From Eledone cirrhosa (lineage: Eukaryota): a stretch of 64,000 nt of DNA. Below the pieces are notes generated by a model. The model did no database searches, had not been told where the DNA came from, and was given only the letters and a program-made list of their open reading frames with translations. Positions within the stretch are counted from its first letter, which is position 1. Each line of letters begins with the position of its first letter. The DNA lies in assembly GCA_964016885.1 (NCBI GenBank), contig OZ024740.1, positions 343,418,001 through 343,482,000 on the forward strand. The letters run 5' to 3'. The position numbers were made by a program, and so were the translations under genes. Of the stretch, positions 10,857 through 22,395 are shown piece by piece.

Positions 10857-13800
10857 ATGGCTATGCTAAGAGTAGGCTGTTTAAATGCGCGTGGCCTGGG
10901 CTCAACTTGGAAAGCAAGCAATGCTTCTAAATGACCTCAGGTCACAACGTATAGATGTGATGGTTATTTGCGAGGCCCGGATCAGCAACGTGCGACAGCT
11001 GGCCCCCACCTTTGATGACTTTGAGATGCACGCATCTCTCTGTCAGCCCGGAGGTGGGGGTGGAGTTGTCGTTCTGCTGCAAAAACATCTGGGTCTCGCA
11101 ACACAGACGGTACATTTGGACCCGGAGGGTCGACTAGTGGTTCTGGACCTTGGCAGTGGTAAAGGCGGAGCGTTTAGGTTGGTAGCCGCCTACGGCCCTT
11201 TCGGGTCAATGCGGCCGGACTTCTTCCATCGTCTGGAGACTTTTCTAGGGACGTCCCGCTCCTTGCTATTAGTGGGGGACTGGAATGGTATCCTAGATGC
11301 ACGCTGGGACTACGTAGGGGCCTGCCCCGATAGAGAGGGGTGTAATAGCCTCAAAGGGTTAATCGGGCGATTTGACCTGGCCGATAGATATCGACTAGAT
11401 TTTCCGACTGCGCCAACCTGGACTTGGGCAAATCGTAGCGGATCATCTAGGTCGTACCTAGATAGGTTCTTAGTTAGAATTAAGGATAAGGACTTTTTAA
11501 GTTGTCCAAAAATGCGCATGGTTGGCTATTCAGACCACAAATTAGTGACCTGCATGGTCAACCTTGACAGAACTCATAGACAGGGCCCCGGTTACTGGAA
11601 GCTCAACTTGTCCTTGCCGGCAAGTAGAGCCTACAGGAATCGGATTAGTACGTTAGTTAAGGAACGGTTGACTGGAGCGATCGTCAACAGCAGGTGGTGG
11701 GTATCTCTAAAGAGAGAGATTAGAGTAGTCTCGATAGAATTTAGTAAGGTTCTAGCTGCGGATAGGAATAGGAAGGAAAAGGAGCTAATAGATAGAGTAG
11801 AAGAGGCAATTAGAAGCGGCGACGTGGCCAGAGTGCTAGCGTCGAGAACGGCTTTGAGCCAGTTTTTCGACGCGAAGCACGAAGGCTGCGTTGTCCGAAG
11901 TAAAATACGTGCTCTAGGGAACGAGGGGACCAAAGCTGTTAGCTGGGCCCGCGTGACAGAGGCCAACAGTGGAACTAAATCCACCATCCGGTCTTTGCGA
12001 GACCTGGATGGACGGGCGATTCTTGAGCCTAAGCAGATGTGTGAGGCCTTTCAAAGGCACTTTGCCCGACTGTTCGGGAGGGGCGGGGAGCCGGTTGGGA
12101 ACGTGGACTTCGGTCCATACCTCGACGGCCTGCCGCGCCTCTCGGACAGGGAGGCGAAGTCCTGCGAGGAGCCGATTTCGGCCGCTGAGATAGAGGACGT
12201 GCTGAGCCAATGCGGCAAACGCAAATCCCCGGGTCTCGATGGTCTTCCTTACGAATTATATCTAGCTATGCCGGACTTGTTCCCCGATCTCCTCGAGGCG
12301 GTCTACTGCAACTGGCAACAGAACGGGAGAATTCCCTGTACTGTGACCAAGGGCGTAGTCACGCTAGTGAGGAAGGACGAGAACAAGGGGGAAGAAATAA
12401 GTAACTTCAGGCCCATAACTCTGCTAAATACAGAGTTACAGATTTTGGCCAAGGTGCTAGCAAAGAGGTTGGCGCTTGTCGTGGGCAACCTGGTGGGAGA
12501 TGCGCAGACATGCGCTATCCCGTCCAGGTCCATCCATGACAACCTCCACCTCATGCGATACATCATAGAGAGGGTTGGGAACGAACCCGGCTTTGGTGGG
12601 GCTCTGATCAACTTGGATCAATCTAAGGCGTTCGATAGGGTCGACCATGGTTACCTGGATGCGGTGCTAGCGGCGGCAGGCTTCGGACCCGTTTTCAGGG
12701 GCTGGATCACTGCTATGCACAGCAGCCGCATCTGCTCTAGGGTCAAGGTGAACGGCTACCTCTCGGAGCCGTTCAAAATCGCGCGGTCCATCCGACAAGG
12801 GTGCCCTCTCTCCTCCCTTCTGTATGTGTTGACTCTCGAGCCACTACTGCGGAAGTTGGAGTTGTTGCAGGGCATCCCTTTGGAACCGGGATTGCGGAAA
12901 GCGGTGTCGGCCTACGCCGATGACGTGACAGTAATGGTGTCGACGGCCTCCGAAATCGAGGCGGTCGGCACCTTACTGGAGGAGTACGAAAAGTTCACAG
13001 GGGCTAAGCTGAACCGGGACAAGTCGATTGGTTTGCAACTCGGCACGTGGAGGGGCAGACCGATGCCCTCCGATAGCGTCGTCGGACGCTGGACGGAGGG
13101 CCCGGTGAAGTTGCTCGGGGTCTGGTTCGGACCGGACCTCCAGGTGGAGAAAAACTGGGCGGAGGTTACGAACAGGGTGTTTGCACTGACCCAGAAGTGG
13201 GCCAGTTGCAAACTATCCCTGAAAGGTCGGGCGGAGGTGGCGAACACCTACATAGCGTCCGTCATCTACTACCGCCTGACCGTAGTACCCTGCCCAAGGG
13301 AAACCCTCACCAAGATGGAGCGCGCGCTCTTCCAATTCCTTTGGAAGAGGCGGGCTCCTATGGTGAGGAGATCCATCTGCTGTCAACACCCTTCGAAAGG
13401 AGGGCTGGGGATGCCGTGGCTAATGATGCGTAAACACGCATTAAGGCTACAGCACCTCTACGTATTCCTCACCGGACAACCGGTGTGGGCCTCGTTTGTG
13501 AGACGAACCTTTCCCAGACTCGTCTCACTCACCGAGCTGCAATCCTGGGTCAAGCAGAGACCGAGAAAACTGGGCGCCTGGCACGCTGAGTGTGCCCAGG
13601 CGCTCACCGCCTTCTGGCAGGCGGATCCGGTTATCAGTGGAGACTCCACCGCAACATTCTATAGAGGGCTGGTACGCAGCAGGTGCGACGACGCCCTCGG
13701 AGAAGCCCTAGACATGGAGGAGGACGAACTGGCCAGCCTGTTCGGTAGGACATTCAGCCCGGGACCTATGGACAACTTCCAGAAGTCCCTGGCCTGGCAG

Positions 13801-14295
13801 TGCTACCGAGGGGCTTTACCCGTTCGAGAAAGGCTCTACAGACACGGGCGCCCGGGTAGGGACCCCGCCAAAAAGATCTGTCCCAGATGCGTGTGCGACG
13901 AGGAAACCGTTGCACACGCATTAGTACACTGCTCGGGCGTAGCCGATCTGTGGGGCTATGTCGAACAACTGCTGTCAAGGGTGGGACCGATCCGGTTGAC
14001 CACCGAGTCTATTGTAATGATCAAGCCGCCTCCCCCCTTCAAAGATGAAGCAGAGGCGGTGTTTCTGTGCGTAATAGCCATGGCGAAAGAGGTTGTATGG
14101 TGGACGCGTCTGAAAGGACTGAGGTCGGGCACCTTTCTCTCTGGCCAACAACTGGTCCGTTTCTTCCGATATCATTTCGGAAGAAGGATCAGGATGGAGA
14201 GAGAGGTGCTGCACCCCAGCCGTTTCTATGAAAGATGGGTGAAAGTGGCGAGAATGGCCCGTGTGAATGGGCCTTCACTCTACATCAGACTATAG
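10857..14295 (+). CDS. ORF2 APE endonuclease-reverse transcriptase-zinc finger; true start at 10857 with one +1 frameshift near 10912
   Basis: MAMLRVGCLNARGL from 10857 matches copies 2 and 3; GDWN, SYLDRF, SDH (APE); KSPGLDG, NFRPITLLN, DQSKAFDRV, RQGCPLS, AYADD (RT); CPRC..ETVAHALVHC. Copy 1 reads tggaaagcaa where the others read tggaagcaa. Confidence 0.93.
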
Positions 14296-14859
14296 GTGAG
14301 GAAGATGAAAGACCAAGGGAGCACCCCTTCTCTGTGCTCCTGAGGAGAAGGGTTGCACACTTTTTTCGGGGGTGTGTGCGACCCCCCAAGGCGCCTCCTC
14401 TCTATTGAGGATTTTGTTAAAAATTATATTTTTTGTTATATCTTATTTTATTTTTATATTTTGTTATTGCCTCCTCCTTATTGAGGACGCCTTTTTGTGT
14501 AAACTCCCCCCTTTGTACTTGTCCCACTTTTGATGCCCTAGTGGCAAATAAAAGAAATATATCTATCTATCTATAATAATCTAGCTGTCGTCTGTTCTAC
14601 AGTGTGGATGTAATTCATTTCGCGCAGAAGTTTTGTTCAAATTTATTGCGGAAATTTTGTGAGTTCAAATTTAATTTTGATACTATTGTGTAGCTTGACC
14701 CCCCCCGTCTGAACTGTCAGGCGGTGGGTCAGCTCATCTTTACCCCTCCTAGAGGTGAAAAACCTGTTTTAAAAAATTTTGTGGTAAAAAAATTTCAATC
14801 GTTAAACGAAGCGAACGAAAATAGTGGTCGGGGGACAGCGGTAAGAGTTGTAAGCTCGC

Positions 14860-16697
14860 ACGCTTTAGTCCCCCCCTTCCTTCCCAACTAACGTCATAGA
14901 GAAGGAAGGAAAAAATAAAATAAAAACAGACGAATCTGCGGAGAAAAATGACGAAAACACAAATCTGGACATGGATTCCAACAACGAAAAAAAATATTTT
15001 TTAAATTGCATGACAATACTAATACCACAAACAAAGACACAACAAACACAAAAATAACATTTGAAAATAACACCATAACAGAAAGCAAAGCAGACGACAA
15101 AGTCAACAAGATTTCGTTTGCACAAACAACAAAGAAATCTTTCAGATATCAATATTTCAGATGTGGCACGAAGAATCACAGACACCAAACAATACATAAG
15201 TGAAGGAGAGAATGGTATTCTATCGGTAAAAATGCCTCAAGAACTCACCAAAGACATTGAAAGTCGAACGGTCGTGTTCCGCACCATCAACAACACTTCA
15301 AAAAAACCTGAACAGCCAACTCAGGCAGATATCAAAACAATACTCACAGAAGTACTTAATGAAACCACTTTCATAAGAAAAGACAGACTGTATGGAAGCC
15401 TAGCAATTATTATGAAGAACGAATCGGCGGCAAAAAAATGTGCTTTGTCACCGATTCGTTCGAAAAATTTTACCTTTTATCCATCTTATATGGGTAAAAG
15501 AACTCAACGCATATGGCTGGATGCAATGATGCCAGATGTGGACTACTGCTGGCTCATAGCTGGCTTCATCGATCCAGTGAATGACAACGTGATTTCCATT
15601 GGGAAAACCACAGGCAATGCGTTCAGTGGAACAGGTATAGAGCTGGTAGTGCAAATGAAGCCTGAACGCATCGCCCAAATACCCGACAGAATCCTATTAG
15701 AGGGCCACGGGTATATAAACATTAGCGTGGAGGGGAGAAGGCCGTCCTGTCATATCTGTGCAGGCAGAGGGCACCTGAAGGCCGCTTGTCCCCAACTCAA
15801 CAAAAAGAGAACCCTGCTACCAACACCAGCTCCACCACCACCACCACCACAACAGGTAAACAAACAACAAAACTCAGTCCCACCCAACCCGTCCCTCAGT
15901 AAAACTACACCACCACCACAACACAAACAGTCACAACACATTACCCCAAAACAAAATACAGGCCCACCCAACCCCTCACTCAATAAAACAACACAACCAC
16001 CGCAGACACAACACACAACACAGTCTAACATAGTGACATCCATCTCCCCCCACAAAGAAAACCAACACGGAAACATTACCAGCAAACATACCTCTTCCCT
16101 CCAACACTGAAGATAACCCAACGAATTCGGAGGAAGAAACGGAGTCCTTCAGACAGATTAAGGAAAAAAAGAAAACATGTGCAAAACACACAAGGCCAAA
16201 CAACCCCCACCCAAATCTCAACACAATCCAACAAAACAGAAAACACCCCTCCAGCAACAAACAAAACCAAACCTGCCCCTCCTCTCTTCGAAACACTCAC
16301 ACCATCCGAAAAAAAGACATTACACTATACTTACATCAACAGAAACAATAATAAATTAAATGAACTCATATACAATAATCCTTCGGTACAAACCGAAGGT
16401 GTAAACTTTGTTTCTTCAGAAAACTACCCACATTTAAAATTAATAAAGATCCCAATGAACCTCTACCAAAAACTAAAAAAGGATTTTAAGGAGGACGTAG
16501 GACCACCCTCTGTCAAACCCATAAACCGCGTCCTACTAAAAAGCTTTCCCCCTCCCCTTCCCCTCCCCAACACAACTCCAAACAACCCAACCCCACCACA
16601 CACTGACGACCCCACACCACCGCAAGACACCCCTTCACCCAACACCCCCGACCCCATGGAAGTCGTGCGACCCGAATCCCGGGAAGCGGAAAGGTAG
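14860..16697 (+). pseudogene. Copy 2 ORF1, frameshifted; start uncertain
   Basis: ORFs 15006..15203, 15118..16110 (CHICAGRGHLKAAC) and 16179..16697 align to copy 1 ORF1. Confidence 0.88.
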
Positions 16698-16730
16698 GTC
16701 TCTACACTCTCCTTTGGCTCTGCCGCCCAC

Positions 16731-19700
16731 ATGGATGTGTTAAGAGTAGGATGTTTGAATGCACGTGGCCTGGGCTCAACTTGGAAGCAAGCAAAGCTTC
16801 TAAATGACCTCAGGTCATGTGGTATAAATGTAATGGTTATCTGTGAGACTCGAATCAGCGTCGTGCGGCAGCTGGCCCCTACCTTCGATGACTTTGAGGT
16901 GCATGCATCTCTCTGTCAACCTGGGGGTGGGGGTGGGGTTGTCGTACTGCTGCAAAAACAACTGGGTCTTGCCGTACAGGTTGTGCACTCGGACCCGGAG
17001 GGTCGTTTGTTGGTGCTAGACGTTGGCAGTAGTGAAGGTGCGGCCTTGAGACTGGCTGCCGTCTACTTCCAGCGTTTGGAGACTTTTCTGGGAATGTCGC
17101 GTTCCCTGCTTCTAGCGGGGGATTGGAATGACATCCTAGATGCATTGGGACTATGCAGGAGCATGTCCTAATAGAGGGGGTGTAACAGCCTCAAGGGGTT
17201 ACTCGACCGTTTTAACTTGGTCGATAGATATCGACTAGATTTTCCAACTGTGCCTACCTGGACTTGGAGAAACCACAGTGGTTAATCTAGATCATACTTA
17301 GATAGATTCTTAGTTAGAAGTAAGGATAGGGACATATTAAGCTGTCCAGAAATGCGCACGGTTGGCTACACGGATCACAAATTAGTGACCTGCGTAGTCA
17401 ATCTCGAGAAAACACATAAACAGGGTCCCGGTTACTGGAAACTTAATTTGTCTTTACCGGCAAAAGAGACTTACAGAAACCGGATTAGCAGATTAGTTAA
17501 GGAGAGGTTGACGGGTGCAATCGTCAACAACCGATGGTGGGCATCTCTCAAAAGAGAGATTAGAACAGAATCAATAAGTTATAGCAAGATGTTAGCTGCC
17601 GATAGGAATAGAAACGAGAAAGAATTAACAGGTAAATTAGAAGAGGCAATCAAGAGCGAAGATGTGGCCAGAGTGCTGGCATCGAGGACGGCCTTGAACC
17701 AGTTTTTCGATGCAAAGCACGAAGGCTGCGTCATTCGAAGTAAAATACGTGCTCTAGGTAATGAGGGGGCCAAAGCCGTTGGCTGGGCCCGCGTGACAGA
17801 AGCTAAGAGTGGAAATCGATCCACCATCCGGTCGTTGCAAGACGAAGATGGACGGGTGATCCGGGAGCCTAAGCAGATGTGCAAGGCCTTTCAAAGGCAC
17901 TTTGCCCGATTGTTCGGGGGAGGCGAGGGTCCGGGCGGGGGCGTGGATTTCGGTCCATACCTCGACGGCCTGCTGCGTCTCTCGAGCGAAGAGGCAGAGT
18001 CCTGCGAGGGACCAATCTCGGCTGATGAGATCGGAGATGCGCTGAGCCAATGCAGCAGACACAAATCTCCAGGTCTCGATGGTATACCTTACGAACTTTA
18101 TTTAGCAATGCCGGTCTTCTTCTCCGAACTCCTCGAAGTGGTCTACTGCAATTGGCAGCAGAATGGGAGAATTCCTTGTTCTGTAGCCAAGGGCGTAGTC
18201 ACGCTGGTGAGGAAGGACGGGAACAAGGGAGATAGTATAAATCATTTTCGGCCCATAACCCTGCTAAACACAGAGTTAAAGATTTTGGCCAAGGTGTTAG
18301 CAAAGAGGTTGGCGCTTGTCGTGGGTGGCCTGGTGGGAGATGCGCAGACATGTGCTATCCCATCCAGGTCCATTCACGATAACCTCCACCTCATGCGATA
18401 CATCATAGAGAGGGTTGGCAACAAACCCGGCTTCGGTGGGGCCCTGATCAACTTGGATCAGTCTAAGGCCTTCGATAGGGTCGACCATGGTTACCTGGAT
18501 GCGGTGCTAGCGGCGGCTGGGTTCGGTCCTGTTTTCAGAGGCTGGATCACTGCCTTACATAGCAACCACATCTGTTCTAGGATCAAGGTGAACGGCTACC
18601 TTTCGAAGCCGTTCGAAATCACACGATCCATTCGACAGGGCTACCCTCTCTCCTCCCTTCTGTACGTATTGACTATCGAGCCTTTACTGAGGAAGTTGGA
18701 GTTGTTGCAGGGTATCCCCCTGGAACCAGGATTGAGCAAAGCGGTGTCGGCCTACGCCGATGACGTAACAGTAATGGTATCGACCGACTCGGAGATCGAG
18801 GCGATCGGTACCTTACTGGAGGATTACGAAAGGTTGTCAGGAGCGAAACTGAACCGGGAAAAATCCATCGGGCTGCAACTCGGAACGTGGAGAGGCAGAC
18901 CGATGCCCATCAACGGTGTCGTCGGACACTGGACGGAGGGCCCGGTAAAGTTGCTTGGGGTCTGGTTTGGACCGGACCTCCAGGTGGAAAAGAACTGGAA
19001 CGAGGTTACGAACAAGGTGTTTGCACTAACCCAGAAATGGGCCAAGTGTAAGCTGTCCCTAAAAGGCCGGGCGGAGGTGGAGAACATTTACATAGCGTCC
19101 GTCACTTACTACCGCCTGACTGTCGTGCCTTGCCCTAAGGAAACACTCACCACCATGGAACGCATGCTCTTCCAATTTCTTTGGAAGAAGCGCCCTCCTA
19201 TGGTGAGAAGATCCATCTGCTGCCAACAACCTTCGAAAGGAGGGCTGGGGATGCCGTGGTTGATGATGCGTAGGCACGCATTAAGGCTACGGCACCTACA
19301 GGTATTCCTCACTGGTCAACCGGTGTGGGCTCCGTTCGTGAAACGAGCCTTTCCGAGACTCGTCTCGCTCACCGAGCTACAGTCCTGGGTCAAGCAAAGA
19401 TCCGGAAAACTGGGAGACTGGCACACTGAGTGTGCTCAGGCGCTCAGGGCTCTCTGGCAAGCGGGCCAGGCCATCGGTGGAGAATCCACCTCATCATTCT
19501 ATAGAGGGCTGGTGGCTAGCAGGGGCGATGACACCCTTGGAGAGTCGCTGGACATGGAAGAAGACGAACTGGCCAGCCTGTTCGGTAGGACTTTCGGCCC
19601 AGGACCAATGGACAACTTCCAGAAGTCACTGGCCTGGCAGTGCTACCGGGGGGCTCTACCCGTTCGAGAGAGGCTCTACAGACACGGGCGCCCGGGCAGG

Positions 19701-20135
19701 GATCCCTCAAAAAAGATTTGCCCTAGATGCGTGCGTCACGAAGAAACCGTTGCGCACGCATTGGTGCAATGTCCGGGCGTGGCTGATCTGTGGGGCTACG
19801 CCGAACGACTGCTGTCGCGGGTTGCGCCGATTAAATTGACCGCCGAGTCCGTGATGACAATCAAACCGCCTCCCCTCTTCACAAAGGAAGCAAAGGCGGT
19901 TTTTCTGTGCGTAATAGCCATGTTGAAAGAGGTTGTTTGGTGGACACGATTGAAAGGTCTGAGGTCAGGCAACTTCCTCTCTGGCCATAGTCTGGTCTAC
20001 TTCTTCCGATATCACTTCGGAAGAAGGATAAGAATGGAGAGAGAGGTGCTTGGCCACAGGCAGTTTTATGAAAGGTGGGTGATAGTGGCGAGAATGGCTC
20101 GTGTAAATGGGCCTTCTCTGTATACCATCCTGTAG
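16731..20135 (+). pseudogene. Copy 2 ORF2: APE domain broken, downstream 927 codons open
   Basis: MDVLRVGCLN start, ~30-nt deletion near 17066, frameshift near 17146, in-frame TAA near 17283; RT and zinc finger motifs in 17352..20135. Confidence 0.92.
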
Positions 20136-20574
20136 GTAAAGAAGTAAAGGAGAGGGGAGCACCTTCTCCATGTGCTCCCCGGGCAAAGGATTGCACACTT
20201 TTTCGGGGGTGTGTGCAACCCCCATCACGTCCCCTCCCTTTTGAGGTTATTTTCGATTATTTTCATGTTACACCCTTTTTACTCGATTATATGTAAACTC
20301 CCCCTTTGTATTTGTCCCTTCTTTTTATGCCTTTATGGTAAATAAAGAAATCTATCTATCTATCTATCTATCTTGATAGAGTAAGACACGTTCACATCGG
20401 CTCCGCTATTCCATCGGGATTTACCCTTACTATTGTAAGTACCGGATAAATTTTTCAGTGCAACACATTTGGAACACTAACCCCTGTTATTTAGGGAAAC
20501 ATTTTTGCATTTACCCCCTTTTTAGGGGGTAAAATAAATATCTAATTTTGCCGAAAAATTTCGTTCTTGGCAGC

Positions 20575-22364
20575 ATGGCGGAAAAGATGGCAGACATGTC
20601 TGCCATTAGCTCTGCCACGCCCCCCAAGTCTGAAGAACAAAAAATAATTACAACAAAATTAGACAACGAAACAAACAAAGAAAATGAAATAACAAATGTT
20701 AAAGAAAATGAGCAAACGGAAAACAAACAAACAGAAAATAATACAAATAACAACAGGGCAACTTTCGCCCAGAAAACAAAACAATCCATTACATACACAC
20801 CAATTGACCTAACGGCCGCCAGAGAAAAACTGGCCGAAGCAAAGAAACACATTGTTTTGGGGGAGAATGGAATGTTTTCCATTAACTCCCCCCCCCCCAG
20901 AATTCAAGAAAGCGAGAACAGAGAACACAGTTCTCTTCAGAACAATCCTAAACGAAACAAGAAAGCCAGAACAGCCCAGCCAAATGGAGATAGAGTTGGT
21001 CCTAAAAGACTATATGAAGAATATTCTCTTCATACGAAAGGACCGACTCTATGGCAGCATTTCGGTCTTAACAAAAGACAAGGAAACGGCGGAGAAGCTT
21101 TCCATAAGCCCACTCTCATCGACAACATACAGCTTCTATCCCTCCTACATGGGTAGAAGAACACAGAGAGTAAAAATACAAACAATGCTGCCCACAATGG
21201 ACTTCTGGTGGGCTATTGCTGGCTTCATAGACATGGGCGATGACACAGTACTGTCAATGGGGAAGGCATCCGGAGATGCGTTCCTGGGAATGGGCCTCGA
21301 CCTACTAGTCCAAATGAGGCCCGAAAGAATAGCACAAATCCCGGATCGCATCTGGCTGGATGAGCTCACCCCAATAGATATAATTGTAGAGGGGAGAAGA
21401 CCAGCATGCTATTTATGCATGGAAAGGGGACACATTAAGGCTAACTGCCCGAAACGTGTCCCCCAAAAAGGACTATTGCCCACACCCATCACAAACAGTA
21501 CACCAACACCACCCACCTCCAAAAATTCACTAATACCACACACAGCAAACAAAATACAAACACCACCAAGCACATCACCACCACCACCAGCAAACACAAG
21601 CTCGACACAAAAATCACCACCACCATCACCAACACAAACACCATCACCACCATTACCAACCACAAGCACGACACAAACAGCACCACCACCACCACAAAAC
21701 GCATTCCAAACAAATAATAAAAAAAAACAGCAACAAATCTACCCCTCCCGCAAAAAAAAAAACCAGACACGACGTCCCTCCCACCTAGCGCTGAAGAGTT
21801 TCCCCCAACTTCTGAAGAAGAAGGAGGAGAAGCCTTCAGACAAGTTATAAGAAAAAAAAGAAAGCACACACCCAGCACACCACAAATAACCCACACACAA
21901 ACACCAACTCCAATAAAAAACACCCCACCCTCAACAAACAAAAATAAATCTGCGCCTCCCCTCTCCGAAACATTGACAGCATCACAAAAAAAGACATTGC
22001 AATACACATATATAAATAAAGAAAACAAAAAACTGTTTAAATTAATAAACAATAGCCCTTTGGTGCAGACGGAAGGGCCAAACTTTATCTCAACAGAGAA
22101 CTTCACCCATTTAAAAATGATAAAGGTCCCTCTGGACCTTTATCGTTCCTTAAAAGAACAATTTAGACAGGACGTGAGCCCCCCGCCCCTGTTTAAAACC
22201 GTTAAATCGCGTCCTCTTGAAAGATTTCCCCATAACCTCCCCTCTCCCTGACACAACTCCAAATACCCCAACCCAGCCACACTCGGGCACCCCCACACCA
22301 CCACAAAACATCCCTCCACCCAACACACCTGACGCCATGGAAATTACACAACCCGGAGAGGTAA
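20575..22364 (+). pseudogene. Copy 3 ORF1, frameshifted mostly at homopolymers
   Basis: ORFs 20548..21156, 20852..21850 (CYLCMERGHIKANC), 21973..22251, 22217..22399 align to copy 1 ORF1. Confidence 0.88.
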
Positions 22365-22395
22365 GTGCTTTTCTTTCTTCACTTTCAACACCAAA

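Larger units (their letters stand above)
8834..14557 (+). mobile_element. Tx1/L1-group non-LTR retrotransposon, copy 1, full length and nearly intact
   Basis: 5' UTR, ORF1 with zinc knuckle, ORF2 APE-RT-zinc finger, 3' UTR ending AATAAA-AGAAA, (TATC)n on both sides. Confidence 0.95.
14574..20350 (+). mobile_element. Tx1/L1-group retrotransposon, copy 2, full length and disrupted
   Basis: Follows atctatctatcta (14561-14573); ends AATAAAGAAA then (TCTA)n at 20351-20373. Confidence 0.93.

Noticed and set aside
10885-10912. Listed ORF2 start MRVAWAQLG
   Set aside because: Artefact of the +1 frameshift; the homologous N-terminus starts at 10857.
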